A stretch of DNA of 64,000 bases from Octopus sinensis (lineage: Eukaryota): assembly GCF_006345805.1 (NCBI RefSeq), contig NC_043000.1, positions 65,100,001 to 65,164,000 of the forward strand. Reading direction: 5' to 3'. The notes beneath the pieces were generated by a model. The model was not told the DNA's origin. It ran no database searches and saw only the letters and a program-made list of their open reading frames with translations. Shown one piece after another: positions 48,261 through 62,837 of the stretch. A program made the position numbers and the translations under genes. Position 1 is the stretch's first letter; every line of letters starts with the position of its first letter.

Positions 48261-49268
48261 GTCTTAAAATTTCTGATTTTGTACCTACATCAGAAATCAG
48301 TATTATTGCTATTAACATTGTGACGTTACTAAAGTCTCTAGAATTCTATCAATGACCTCTACTACTTTTCTCATTACCTTCCTATAAATCTTGTGTGCTC
48401 AGCAGTAGTACGAATATATTCTTTATAATTGCCAGTCAGTTGTTTGAACTGACTCAGAACTACATATATTCCCACATATTCTTTATCAAAATATTCTTTG
48501 TCGTCTCTTCAGACTCCAAAACAACAATGCATAATTTTGTATTACTGATTCTAACAATATAAAGATATCCTTCAGCATATTTTGATTTATTTTTTTATCT
48601 CTGTTCGTTTATGAATAATGTCTACCTTCTTTTCTCACACTCATACATACATACATATCTGTCTATCCGACCATTTCTCACACATTCTCGCAATATATAT
48701 ATAAACACACGCACGCACACACGCACGCACATACACACACAAACAAACACACACACACACAGCTAAATTTGGAAACCATCCGATGAGGTGTCACACTTAA
48801 CTTTTTTTTAAGCCAATTTTGTTTTCAACCATGCAAAATTATAGAATCTTCAGTAGTTCAGCAACGTAATTATTTATGTGTAATGAGGCTCAAAACCAAG
48901 TCATACTGAAACAATTGTAACCAATATTAAACTTTTCCTATACTGATATCTTCATCTTTCTGTTGGTCTTATATGTTACTCTATGAAAATATATAACCAG
49001 TCATTCTTTCAGTGATAAGTACTTGGATTTTTCCTGCTCACATAATCTACATTAATTACCAGTCGTAACATGCAGCTAGCCAGAGATTCGTATCGTGTGG
49101 TGCATAAGAAATGCGCCGAAATTTTACCAAGTTCAATCCTATGTTATATGTACATACATGTATGCATACATACATAGACACATTTATATACACATACATG
49201 TATATACGTATAGATACACACATACACATGTGCACACCTATATATACACATACACACAAACACACAAA

Positions 49269-49317
<49 letters not shown>

Positions 49318-49676
49318 ATGTGTGTGTGTGTGTGTGTATACATACATGTATATATATATATACACATATATACGTACATACTTATATACACAATCATAAA
49401 CATGTATATATATATACATATGTACGTATATATACGTATATATAAATATATATATGTATATATACATATATATACATACATATATATATACATACATATA
49501 TATATATATACGTATATATACGTACATACATACATACTTATACACACATACACACACACTGACGCATATAAATCATCTTATGTGTACATATTGATTTGTC
49601 ACAGCTATTATAATATGTAAGTGCAAAGTATACATATCGATTCTTCCCTACAGTAAGAACCTGCGTTCGTGCGCAC

Positions 49677-49734
<58 letters not shown>

Positions 49735-49839
49735 TGTGTGTGTGTGTGTGTCTGTGTGTTTGTGTGCCGGTCTTATAGCAAGTGCATTTCTACGTAAGTC
49801 TTTATCATAACATGTACATGCATGCCTGCCTCTTATAAA

Positions 49840-49908
<69 letters not shown>

Positions 49909-50589
49909 GTGTGTGTCTACAGCATGATATCATATATCAATACTTGTCTTCCTCTATAACATGTGAAAAGCCATTTGTTGCAGAGCTCTTAATGTATGTA
50001 TTGTTGTATTTCTGCGATAACAATACATACATTAACTGTCTCTTGGTTCTCTGTTGTTATTCTGTTCCAAGAACCAAGCCTAATTTGAATCATTCGAGAA
50101 TTTGCACATCAATTACGAATATTTGATTACTGATAAATACTAACGATTGACTGAGATGTCAATTAATTGATAATGGCATGACAGTACTATATTTAAATCT
50201 GGAAAAGTTACATAGCAGACAACTAGAGTGTTGTTTATAATTATAAAACAGTCAACTCACGTTCAGACATTCAGCCAATCTATATAAGTCTATATAACTG
50301 TTGTCAAGAGAGATCAAAGCTTTTTCTTTTTTTACGTTCACTCCAAATGAGATCACTTGTGGTTTGTAATCAGCAATTGTGTATTCTGATAACTAGTGAA
50401 ACTTAGGAATTTACGTTTTCTCAATACTCAGAACGCTGTTCCCCATGTATACAATTATAATTATATAACCGGTACCTTAGCTTCTAACTTTATATGATAA
50501 ATTATCTTTCCTGGTTTGTTACATACAACACTTTAAGATATACCAGGTGTTCTAAACGTAGCCAATGGAACCTTAAAACATACGTTATC

Positions 50590-51174
50590 TCATCTTTTAT
50601 GTTTTATCTTTTACTTGTTTTACTCTTTGGAGTGCTGCCATACTGGAGCATCGCCTTGAAGGGGTTTAGTCGAACGAATTGATCGCATGAGTTAATTTTA
50701 AAGCTTGGTACTTAATCTATTGGTCTCTTTTGCCGAACAGTTGAGTTACAGGGATGTAAACAAAACAACACCGGTTGTCAATCAGTGGGTGGGGGACAAG
50801 CACAGAGACACGGACACACACACCCATACACACACATATACAGACATGTGTTTGTGTGTGTGGTGTGTGTGTAAGAAGTTTGTTTCCCAATCATATAGTT
50901 CTGAGTTCAGTCGAACTGCGTGGCAGCTTGGGCAAGTGTCATCTCCTAGTCTTGGGCCGATCGAAGCCTTGTGAGTGGATTTGATAGCCCGAAACTGAAA
51001 GAAGCCTGTCGTACGTATGTATGTTCAGCCCCACTGCGTGGCACCTTTGGCAAGTGTCTTCTACTATAGCCTCGGGTCGACCAAAGCCTTGTGAGTGGAT
51101 TTGGTTGACGGAAACTGAAAGAAACCTGTCAATGTATGCATGTATGTATGTATGTATGTATGTATGTATATATG

Positions 51175-51232
<58 letters not shown>

Positions 51233-51233
51233 C

Positions 51234-51269
<36 letters not shown>

Positions 51270-51480
51270 GTGTCTTTGCGTCTGTGTTTGTTCCGCCACT
51301 ATCGCTTAACAACTGATGTTGGTGTGTTTACGTCCCCGTAACTTGGCGATTCGGCAAAAATGACCTGATAGAATGTGTTAGGCTTACAAATGATTAATCC
51401 CGGCTTCGATTTCTTCGACTGAAATCCTTTAAGGCGGTGCTTCAAATGACTGAAACAAGTAAAAGTAAAAGAATAAAAGA
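50590..51480. mobile_element. Cluster of CORE-SINE pieces (3' half on minus, two heads and a 3' half on plus)
   Basis: Matches to the 60996-61400 family at ~50590-50830 (-), ~50870-51010 (+) and ~51025-51480 (+). Confidence 0.75.
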
Positions 51481-52275
51481 AATATAATAAATTTGTTTTG
51501 TTTTTTTTTATACAAATTTAAGCCTTCCGTTTACATATTTCGGACTTACCTGAAATCTCTATATTTGCATCATAGAACAACCACTTTGTATGTATGACAA
51601 ACTTCTCAACACCAAAACGTATCGTCAGACATGTCAGGACTTGGTAATGCATGCAAAAATTCAGTGGTTGTTCAATCTACTGAAATCAGCAACCCAAACA
51701 CAGACAAATCCTATCCTAAAATAAAGACGCTTACTAAACAAAATAGTTCCTGATATACAATCATTGGCATTGTTGTGTTTACAATTGACCAATGACTGCA
51801 GAACATCAAACTTTGTTTTAGACAGAAACACCTACCTAGAGAGTAGAGTTTTTGCTTGTTATTACACAAATATTAAAGTAAAATTGAAGAAATACAACTT
51901 CACAGAGTTTGATATCCTGTCTTGTTTTGGTTCTTTTTTTTTCCATGAAATATATAATTTGTTTCGACACAGTGTTTACATATAGTTCCCCTTTCTATAG
52001 TTTATGAATAAACCAGTCTTTTTCAATCGAATGTATATGATAATAATGGTTTCTATCATAGGTACAAGGTAAAGGGTGTTAGTCGATAACCACCGGTGAC
52101 AGTACTTCAGTGGCATTTTAATTCATCGATCACAAGGTTTGACGAGAGGGTGTAGTCGATTATTATTATCATTGAGTGAGAGAGCAGTGCATGCCATCAA
52201 AGTGATACTGGGGTAAAATTATCATCATCATCATCATCATCTTCATTATTATTTTATTATTATTATTGTTATTAG

Positions 52276-52480
52276 AAGGCAGCGAGCTGGCGAAATCGTT
52301 AGCACGCCGGATGCAATGCTTAACGACATTTCGTCCGATGCTTACGTTCTGAGTTCAAATACCGACTTTGCCTTTCATCCTTTCCTGTCGATAAATTAAG
52401 TACCAGTCATCTACTGGGGTCGATGTGATCGACTATCCTCCTTTTCACAAACTCCAGGCCTTGTACCTATAGTAGAAGTG
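52276..52480 (+). mobile_element. tRNA-derived SINE
   Basis: aaggcagcgagctggcgaaatcgttagcacgccgg..gagttcaaatacc..ggggtcgat..ggccttgtacc. Confidence 0.85.
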
Positions 52481-52489
52481 ATTATTTTA

Positions 52490-52540
<51 letters not shown>

Positions 52541-52591
52541 CACTATTATTATTATTATTTTTATTTTTATTATTATTATTATTATTATTAT

Positions 52592-52995
52592 ATGTTTGAC
52601 TTTTGCTTTGTATTCGTACAAGTTGGCTCCAAGTCTCACCCAGAGACCTCAAGAGACAACAAGTTAGAAGTTCATGTTGGTGTTATGCCTAGGGTGTCAT
52701 ATATTTGGTTTTGCACATAGTATTGTTCTAGAGAATGTCTTAGACAACATAAGAAAATAATGAGTTTGTTTTAAAATTTGAGATTACATATACAGTATTT
52801 TATGTAGGATATGGGCAGTTCCAATGAGCACTAATTTTTTAATTTCTGCCATTTTGGGGTTTCCTGGTATCTGAGTTAGGTAGCAATCAGCCCCTTTTGC
52901 TATCATTCCTAAGGCACCTATGACAACAGGTATTGTTTTAATCTTGAGGTTCCACATTTTGCCAATTTCTATTTCAAGATCTTTATACTAGCTTA
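52592..52995 (-). mobile_element. Second 3' fragment of the R4/Dong-like element
   Basis: High similarity to 17240-17640, with (TAA)n tail at ~52490-52591. Confidence 0.85.
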
Positions 52996-53140
52996 TTATT
53001 ATTATAGACGTCGCACAGTATACAACATTGAAGATATTGTGTCTATCGGGTGGGTGGGGTGGGGGGGGGGGTTGTACTGTTTGTCAGGTCACAACAAGGA
53101 CCTTAGGCAGACAGTACTTTACGCACTATGCGTGCGGACA

Positions 53141-53353
53141 GTGAGTTAGCAGAATCGTTAGCACGCCGGGAAAAATGCTTAGCGGTATTTCACCCGTCTC
53201 TACGTTCTGAGTTCAAATTCCGCCGATGTCGACTTTGCCTTTCATCCTTTCGGAGTTCGATAAAATAAGTAGCAGTTGAGTACTGGAGTCGATGCATTCG
53301 ACTATCCACCCCCACCATCCAAAATTTCAGGCTCTGTGCCTATAGTAGAAAGG

Positions 53354-53360
<7 letters not shown>
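53141..53360 (+). mobile_element. tRNA-derived SINE
   Basis: gcagaatcgttagcacgccggg..gagttcaaattccgcc..tagtagaaagg(att)n. Confidence 0.85.
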
Positions 53361-53394
<34 letters not shown>

Positions 53395-54083
53395 CTAACA
53401 ATAAGTACATTTTAAAACCTAAGACACTTATCAATGTCATCATTTCTATATCTTCTGTGTCTGCTTAAAGAAAAAATATTATTCTAATGATCTCTATATC
53501 TGATATTGAGATTAGAATAATTAATTAGATAACTGTAATTAATCTTTTAAGATGCAGTGCAAAAAAATACCATGGAAAATATTTCAACAACCTCCTCTGC
53601 TTAAAGTTGAAGGCATGTTAAAACCAGATATTGACTCTGACGTTGAAACTTCACCAAAGTTACATACAATAGATGACTAAGCTAGTGGAGGAACTTCTAG
53701 GTAGTCGCTTGACCTGCTAAAGATCGCAGCGATATATTCCATAAATTTTATCTATGAAGATAAATGAAGATAATACAATCCTAGATATCCTGAAAAGTTG
53801 GGATAGTCACAGTCAGAATGATTTCGAGCATAGGTTTCCTTATCGAGGCTTACTTGGGGTTAAACAATATCAACGATCCTTCATATCCATTTTCCTTTAC
53901 TATCAAATTTTCCATTAGTTAAATCGTGAAAAGAAAGCCAATTAAATACTCGTAGTTTCGTCCTTCTATGTTCTGAGTTCATATTCTGCTGTAGTCGACG
54001 TTGACTCACATCATTGTAGAGTCGATAAAATAGACAGCAATCCTTTACTGCAGTTATTAAGCGGCAATATTGTAAAGACTCAA

Positions 54084-54260
54084 AGGCGGCGAGCTGGCAG
54101 GCTCGTTGACAAACCGGATAAAATGCTTAGAAGCATTTCGTCCGTCTTTACGTTCTGAAGTCAAATTCCGCCGCGGTCAGCTTTGCCTTTCATCCTTTCA
54201 GGGTCGATAAAATAAGTACCAGGGATCGATATAATCGATTGCTGGACTCAATATGAAACC
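54084..54260 (+). mobile_element. tRNA-derived SINE
   Basis: aaggcggcgagctggcag..gtcaaattccgcc..ggtcgataaaataagtacc. Confidence 0.8.
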
Positions 54261-56249
54261 AATATTATAAACATTATATTATATGATATAGTATAAAACG
54301 GCCACATTATTAACCTGCTATGTTGTAGCGTTGTCAAACGTATATTTTATATTAACGGAGCCAACGAAGTTTAAATGTCTCGCTGATGGAGTTTTATTTA
54401 TAGGAATTTTATTAATCGAGCCAAGAGGTTTATGCTTAATCTATTTGGCCATTACAACTCTTCTACATCTCCCATATAAATGTTTGGTTTACTTTAGTAT
54501 CGCAAATTATAAAAATGTACAGCTGTTGATGTGTCCAAATATTTGTAAGATTCCTTTGTTAAAAATAACGATAATGTTGATTTAAATGAATTTCGGTGAG
54601 ATAGCAAACTATTTTAAAATCTAAAAAACAAATCTTATCTTTCTTCTTTTACCTGTCGACTCGCACGGACCACATGTTCCGTCAGTTACAAGATATTTCG
54701 TGGAAGTGTTCTATTATTGTAATGGTTTTGAAATTTAGTACATACCAGAGGTTGTTGTTCTTCACAGGAATACTGTGGGTCGTTAGGGTTTGTCCCCTTG
54801 TCCTCCTCGAGAGCTCAAGTAATAATCATACAAGATTCGTTTAGAATCCTCAGCCATAGTCTCTTGTTTGAAGAAAGCTTAGATACACCAGTATCAGCTG
54901 ATTAAATTGACCTAGTATTTGACTAGTACTTTATTTTATCGACCCCTGAAAGAGGATCAGAATAAAATACTGCAGAATATTTTTTGTCCAATGATCTAAT
55001 TGTTCTGCCAATCCATCGCCTAATCATTGACTTTATTAAAATTAAGAAAATCAAAATAAGAGCGGGGTTTGTTATGTTTGTGATAAGATTTCTGTTTCGT
55101 CGGTAATTTGATCTCCTCATATTTATTATTTCAATTACATAGTGAAGATATTTAACTGTTGTTGTAAGCCTTTGTAAAAAGAAAATATTTAGATCTTGTT
55201 TTTGTTTCACAATAAAATTTGACCTGTTTTCTCTGTGTATATGTAAAACAATAACATCACAATAACTTGATTAGTTCCGTTGCATATTGTTAGATTCACA
55301 TTTTTATCCTTCTTTTTCTGTTTCTTCCCTCTCCTTTCTCCCTCCCTGTCTTCTCTGTCTTTTCTTTCTATTAATTCGTTGGCTCGATACAGTTCTTCTG
55401 AAAGAATTTTACTGCGATATACTACATTCCTTATTAATATATATCCGACAACCTCTGTCATTTCCATTTTTCAAAATGGCTGCAAACACTGTGGTTTTCT
55501 CTTATATCTATTATTAATTTTACAAAGCTTTCACACCTCTATTCTTCACTGTGCATTATCTTTCTGAATTATATGAAGTTATCATGAACATGTTATCGAT
55601 TTTAGTGAGCAGACATATCTCTAAGCTATGTTCTCGCTAAGTTATAAAATAGATAAGTTGTCATTCAAATTATTTAGTGATGTATTACGTGACTTTTACA
55701 TCATTTACACTATTCAAGGTCTCATATTAGTAAAAGACGGGTTATATTCCCTGCCATTCAACCTGAAAGGTTCTATGTAAAATTAAACACAAAAGCATTC
55801 CATTTTAGCCTTTACTAGACTTTGTGAAATTATGGTGGTTTATATAAAATAATAGCTTTTTTTATGGTATCGAGAAGATAAATAATAGAAGAATTCTATA
55901 GAAACAAAAGTTGTGTTAAAATACAACTGATCGTATCTATAGAATATATTAACAACGATAGTGAATTTATGGAATATTTGCTTTGAAGTTTAGTCAAGGA
56001 ATTATAGGGACCAAGCTAAATGATCGATTCACCATATTACATCAAATTTGCCTTGTATAACATATTCTGCGAAAATGACAATGCATTAGACCATTATATT
56101 TTATCAAAATGTTATTAGGTTACTCATCATATGACATTTTCATGTGTTCACCGGTGTGTAAGTGTAGTATGTATGTGTGTGTGTGTTTGCACAGATATGT
56201 GTACATCTCCCCATCAAGACACACATATCTATATATTTATCTATCTATC

Positions 56250-56250
56250 T

Positions 56251-56284
<34 letters not shown>

Positions 56285-56300
56285 TTATTTCTCTCTCTAT

Positions 56301-56343
<43 letters not shown>

Positions 56344-56580
56344 CACATACGTATATACATGCACATGCATATATACATACGTATACACACACACACATAT
56401 ATGTATGTATATTTATATGTGTATATATATATATATATCTCTATATATTTATATGTATATATATATACACACACATATATATATACTATGTATATATACA
56501 CATAGACACACACATATATATATATATATACGTATACACACACACATATATGCACTCGCATATATGTGTGTGTGTGAAAA
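56250..56580. repeat. Compound (TCTG)/(CA)/(TA) microsatellite block
   Basis: Direct inspection. Confidence 0.9.
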
Positions 56581-57620
56581 CATTCACACACACATATTAA
56601 AAGGACTGAGTGAAAAGATAGCCATGTACGTACTCAAGTGCACACTCAATTCATTTCTTTTCCATTGTAGAACGACGCTGAAGCCAATTCGGATTGGAGT
56701 GAGTGGGTGTTAATGAAACTACAAAACTCTGTGATGATTATCATGTTGTTTATTTAGAAATATTGATTTCTTTCTTTACATTACAATACTCTAGACTTTT
56801 TGGGCTAGGAGAACTTTCAAAGGAGTTTAGCTTTGAAAGACACCCGAAACGATTTTAAACCATGTTCGTTACATGATTTTGTGTTTTTTTGAATGCTTTA
56901 ATAATATAGAAAAATAAATCAATATCTTATCCATTTTAAGAAAACGTTCAATGATAGTTAAAGAAAATTAGCAGTAATGTGAAAGATTTTTCTTTCTACA
57001 TTTAACTAGTGATGAATTTAATTTGTCTACGAACAAATTGCCATGAGAGTAAAACACTGACGACGAGGAATTAAAACACCTGATTTGATGTATCTCACTA
57101 ATCTTCATCGAATAGCAGAAAAGTGAGTTAGTGCTGATTTGCTTTTATTAATGCTCAAAATAGGAACGTTGAATAAATAGCACGTTGGAAATTATTTTTC
57201 ACTAATGTTCTATATGAGTCATTAGATATTCATCAACGACCAGACTACATTTATTAAATTATTGAGGGTGTTAGCATATTTTAAACTACAGAACATTTAA
57301 CGCTCTCTTTCTTTTTTCTTCTTCCCACTCTCTCTTTCTCCTTTCTTTCTCTTATTGTATGTACGTACGCACATGTATGTGACTGTGTACTAAAGCAAAA
57401 ATAAATGGACGTGTGTGTGGACATTTCTTTCTCTCTTTACATACACATACGCATGTGAGTGTGTGTGTATGTGCCTGTGTCTGTGTGCATGAGATGTTCG
57501 TTTCTCTCCCCCCTCAACTATCACTATCACTTTATCATTGTCTCTGTCTGCTGTCTCTTTCTATATTTCTTCCTCTCACTTTTTCTCTCTCTCTTTCCCC
57601 TCTCTCTCTTTCTGTGTGTG

Positions 57621-57656
<36 letters not shown>

Positions 57657-57818
57657 TGTATGTATGTATATGCATTAATCAATGAAATTCTAACTTAGTC
57701 TGATTTTCACGTTTTATTATTTGCAATTTTTACAATTTTACAATATTGAAACAAACTAGTACTTTCATGCTTTACGCAGTCATCAGGTTTATGTAGTGAC
57801 AGTCGTGTTCTACAATTG

Positions 57819-57850
<32 letters not shown>

Positions 57851-58229
57851 ATTTGTATAACCTCACTCAGTGAAATTAAGCATCTTGATCTACAATTAGA
57901 GTTTAAACACTTGTCATTGCCAACTTACACACACACACACACACACACAGACACACACGCACATGCATACACACACACACACACATACACACAGCCACAC
58001 ACAAACACACACAGCCACACACAAACACACACAGAGTAATGCTCCACTTAGCGTTCAGCTCCGCTTTGCTTTAGCGGTCTTTTTTGTTGAAAACAATATT
58101 TTCAATGGGATGATAATGCATTAGAGTAATCGTTTATTGATATCTACGAAGCTATGGTCCATACTCATGCATATACGTACGTACAACCGAATCGCTCAGC
58201 GTTTCAAACACGCGGCTCCATAACATCAG

Positions 58230-58657
58230 TTTGAAATATACCACCATCTTTGGATACATAATATAGGTTTCCAATATATGCAGGATACTCCATTATAATT
58301 TTTAGCAAATATTTCATCAAAACTAGAGAATGGAAGAATTACATGCTGCTAATATTGTAGCAGAATGAACTTAGAGAGAAAATACTCCAACTATACTTTG
58401 GAGTGGCAGAAGAGAATAACAATGGGGATCATGAGCTGGTAATATAGCTACCACCTCATAGCTCCCATTGTTATTCTCTTCTGCCACTGCAAAGTATAGT
58501 TAGGGTGTTTTCTCTCTAAGCTCATTCTGCTAGAATATTAGCAGCATGTAATTCCTTCATTCTGTAGTTCTGTTGAAATATTTGCAAAAAATTATAATGG
58601 CATATCCTGTATGTTGAAAACCTATATTATGCATCCGAAGATGGCGGGTTATTTCAA
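58230..58657. repeat. ~430-bp near-perfect palindrome (fold-back/MITE-like)
   Basis: Arms 58230-~58440 and ~58448-58657 are reverse complements, with long exact blocks such as gtggcagaagagaataacaatggg/cccattgttattctcttctgccac; loop under 10 nt. Confidence 0.9.
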
Positions 58658-58914
58658 ATTAATGTAATGCTTTCATTGTTCGATTGAATAGAGCCGCCTG
58701 AAACGGCCGTAATGCACTAATGCCTTTACATCCTTGTTTTTCCTATTTGCTTTTATTCACCTTAATTCGAGCTGTGCGGATAATACCGGACTAACTTGGT
58801 GCCTCAACTTAAGTACCAAATTTAACTGAATTTTAATTATCTCTCATATATATGTATATATATATATCGAATATCGAGAGAGAGAGAGACAAACAGAAAG
58901 GGGAGGGAGGGAGG

Positions 58915-58954
<40 letters not shown>

Positions 58955-60995
58955 AGACTCGTCATATACATCAATCTTATCATTCATCCTCCAAACAAAC
59001 GTTTACTCCTTGAACAAAACTTCCTTGTTCATAACAGTGATGTCATGATAGCGGAAATTTCTATTTCGCCTCCATTTTACATGCATGTTCTAATCGCTAA
59101 TGTTGCCAAGTTCATCACCTTCTTTCAATTGAGTCAAAGCTTACGATTTTAACATCTACTATCATGATTTTACTCACCATCTTAGATTAACATTCAACAC
59201 ATAGTGTTAACAGCCTGTCTTCTATTCATGATGTATATATGAAACTGTCTGAACACTTCAGCTGTACGAGGAAATATGCATGGGTATGAACTATAGTTCC
59301 GTACATATCAATAAACAACTATTATAACATATTGTTATCTAATTGAAAATATTGTTGATTTCAAGAAAAAAAAATAGAGCGTTATAGCAAATCGGAACTG
59401 AACCGGATAGCGATAAGTGGAGTATTACTCATGTGTGCGCGTGTGTGTAAGTTGGCAATGACAAGTCTTAAAAGCCAGTTTCTAATTTTATTCTAATTGT
59501 AGATCAAGATGTGTGAGATTATCTAAATTATAAAGTGCTTGATGAATGATAAGGATGAATAAGATTGATGTATATGACGAGTTCTGTCCCCTCTCTCTCC
59601 CTCTCCCTCTCTCTCTCTCCTCTTTCTGTCTGTCTCTCTCTGGATGATCGAGACGTTTGGCAGTGCCTGTCATATCCATTTACCTTCGTATCATTGTTAA
59701 AAACCTTATATCATACTGGTAGCCTCATTTGTGCTATATTATATTGGTCCATATAACGCTGATTCGTTTAGCTCTGTACTTTGTAGGAACGTATCCAGAT
59801 CACCAACAGTAGTATAACTAAATATCAGTGATCCTAAATCCAAGCAGTTGCGTCTCCTTGGGGATGTTGATTAATAGCTCTCAAGAAAGCAGCAGATATC
59901 AAAGGTAGAGCTGGAGGTGGTGGTAGCATCGAATGTTGGAGGTGTTGTGATTTTTCTTCAAATTAAGGATAATACTTATATTTTAAACACATTTTCACAA
60001 AAAATTATTTGCCAGAATTAGAATATGAGTCGGACATTGTGTTGTCAATGAGCAGAAAACTTGATGACACATCAAAGTACAATATAATTTCATTATATTA
60101 GTTTTCGTCTTCTTTGGTCGCTTCCATATAAATTTAGCATGGGGGGGGGACACTAATCCATATTAATATCTAAGAGGTGCGCACGCTGGATGGGACAGCA
60201 TAAGAAAATATAGGATAAATTTAGTTTCTATTTGAATAGAGTAACCCACTTTTTTTGCAGGATATGCAAAGGGGGTATTTGTAAAACGCCTTTTTGTGAG
60301 CTACAAAAAGTTGTGAACCATTGTTGTATATGAACCAAGGTTCTACAATTTTATGTATGTCTAGACGACATATTTGTACAATGAGAGTGGGCAGTAACTC
60401 AACAAAGAGTCGGTGCTATGAATTTATGAAAATTAAACAAGATGAAGGAACTCGATTATACCATGAAAAGAAAATGTGAAAATTTACTGCGATATATCGT
60501 TGTAAATATGAATTCTTACAACGAGGGAGCATTTAGATGTTTAGCTAACTATTCATCTCGTCAGCCGCTGCTGAACTAGAGGTTGTTGTTCTTCAAGCCA
60601 CACACTATATAGTAGTTGCTGTCATAATAATTTATTGGTGTGTAAATCAATGAAATACAGATAAATAAACGAAATGGTCACTTCATATACCACGACGAAA
60701 TAATAGATGTCATAGAAAGGTAATGAAAAGTGCCATCAGAGTGTTCTATTAGCTGTAATGTAATAAGCTGACACATTTAACTATTTGCCAGGAGCTATGT
60801 AGTAGATATGCGCACAGAAACCTAGACAGTATAATTTTAGTTCATTTAGTTCAAGATATATTAAGGTATATTTCTCCTCTTTGTTTAATTCACATAGAAA
60901 TAAAATCGCAGCCCCACGTACATACTTAATGGTATATTTTCCCCAGTGATTTTCATTGTTATGATCAAATTTAATTGTGTTTTTAAATTGATTAT

Positions 60996-61400
60996 AGGCG
61001 CAGGAGTGGCTGTGTGGTAAGTAGCCTGTCTACCAACCACATGGTTCCGGGTTCAGTCCCACTGCGTGGCACCTTGGGCAAGTGTCTTCTACTATAGCCT
61101 CGGGCCGACCAAAGCCTTGTGAGTGGATTTGGTAGACGGAAACTGAAAGAAGCCCGTCGTATATATGTATATATATGTATGTATGCGTGTGTGACTGTGT
61201 TTGTCCCCCCAACATCGCTTGACAACCGATGCTGGTGTGTTTATGTCCCCGTTACTTAGCGGTTCGGCAAAAGAGACCGATAGAATAAGTACTGGGCTTA
61301 CAAAAGAATAAGTTCCGGGGTCGAGTTGCTCGATTAAAGGCGGTGCTCCAGCATGGCCGCAGTCAAATGACTGAAACAAGTAAAAGAGTAAAAGAGAGAG
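60996..61400 (+). mobile_element. Full-length, young-looking CORE-SINE (OR2-like)
   Basis: tRNA-like head caggagtggctgtgtggtaag..gggttcagtccc, CORE motif gcaccttgggcaagtgtctt (cf. MIR CORE accttgggcaagt), internal microsatellite, 3' body and (aaaagagt)n tail. Confidence 0.9.
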
Positions 61401-62109
61401 TAATTTAAAAACACAATTAAATTTATGTACCTGCAAAGAAGAGAAAACATATCTGATTAGACACCCTCCCACTCGAAGCTCAACGGATGGCTAAGCACTT
61501 CTCCTTGGCGACTGTATACCTTATCTATCTATCTATCTATCTATCTATCTGGCTGTCTGTCTGTCTGTCTGTATACGTGCGTACGTATGTTTGTATGGAT
61601 GGATGGATTTTTGTATAAACTTTCTAAGACAACTTTAAACAGAACACGTTTTGATATTGAGTTATTGATTTAAAACAATCGATTTTTGTAATATTATCTT
61701 TACAAACTTCTTTAGCTTGAAATCTTATCAAAACTTCATCGGTATATCTGAAACATGCTTAATGTAAACATTATCCACATAATGGACGTAAATCCTTAAC
61801 GTAACTATTTTCATGAAAGATTTATTCTGAGATTCTGATTTAAAAAAAAAAAACAGAAAAAATAAAATATGCAAAAGATAGTTTTCGAAATCTATGGAAG
61901 ATTTTATTTATTCACATTTAATCTTATCACATTCTCAGCAAACAATTCACGGTTTCTGTGGTAATCTCCGGATGTAGATTCACTTATTTTGTGATCAGTT
62001 GTTATCAATACCGTAATCTGAATACACAGTACCATTAAATTTCAGGTGATTTTACGAATAGTTGGGAAATTATTTTTATTAACTTATTTTCCACAATTGC
62101 AAATTACTA

Positions 62110-62340
62110 AATTTTTACCAGTAAATCTGGATGTATTTCATATTAGAAATATCGATTTTAATCGCGATTCGATAACTGAATTGAGATAATGCTGTCATAA
62201 GCAATACAGTTAAGAGTTTCTTCAAAATCAGCTGGCAAAAGTTATTTACATCACAAATTGTTGATAAACAAGTCTGTAAACTTTGTTGGATATTCCATCT
62301 CCTCTTGGGAATTGACCTAACAGAGATGTGTACTCTTAAC
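62110..62340 (-). mobile_element. Possible decayed LINE ORF2 fragment (RT domain-0 region)
   Basis: Minus frame LLGQFPRGDGISNKVY resembles the KSPGPDGIxNExY motif; many stops. Confidence 0.35.
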
Positions 62341-62837
62341 AAATGAAGTTGACTTGTCTGATCGTTTGTCTGTAAAAGAGGGGAAAGTCTCCATCATTTT
62401 TGTCTTTCAGGCTCGGCTGTATAGTAAGTCAAGCGCCAGATTAATAAGTGACTGTTGATAGAACTAGTGATCATAAATTTTAATGACTATATAATACCAT
62501 AGCTGAATGTAGTCATTGAGTTTTAGGGAAAGTAGGTTGTATCAAGTCACCTAGATGTGGAGAGGAGATTGGTATATCTAGTGTAAATAGTGTACTGTCA
62601 GTAAATTAAATATATCAGTGACCATTCTAGTAACGATAAGGGAGACAGATAATATTACTCGATGGTGGAGCAAAGTTTCCAAACCGTTCGGAATGACGAT
62701 ATGCATTTTAAGTCGGTGAAGTTTTTATACCACTTGAATGTGATTGTATGTGCTTTGTCATAGACATGTGAAAATATCTCGTTCGTTCTGATGGAGACGG
62801 GGTTATATGATAACCGACATTCTAAAATCAATTTATA

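Noticed and set aside
55207-55467. Minus-strand ORF MEMTEVVGYILIRN..
   Set aside because: Charged low-complexity frame without recognisable motifs; possibly a decayed element but cannot be assigned.
59670-59960. Protein-like minus-strand stretch (LPPPPALPL.., LLINIPKETQLLGF..)
   Set aside because: Interrupted by stops and frame changes, and no family recognised.
62411-62423. 13-nt micro-exon (tttgtctttcag|gctcggctgtata|gtaagt)
   Set aside because: Splice signals look good, but it sits next to a probable antisense LINE remnant and no evidence links it to a gene; needs RNA-seq.
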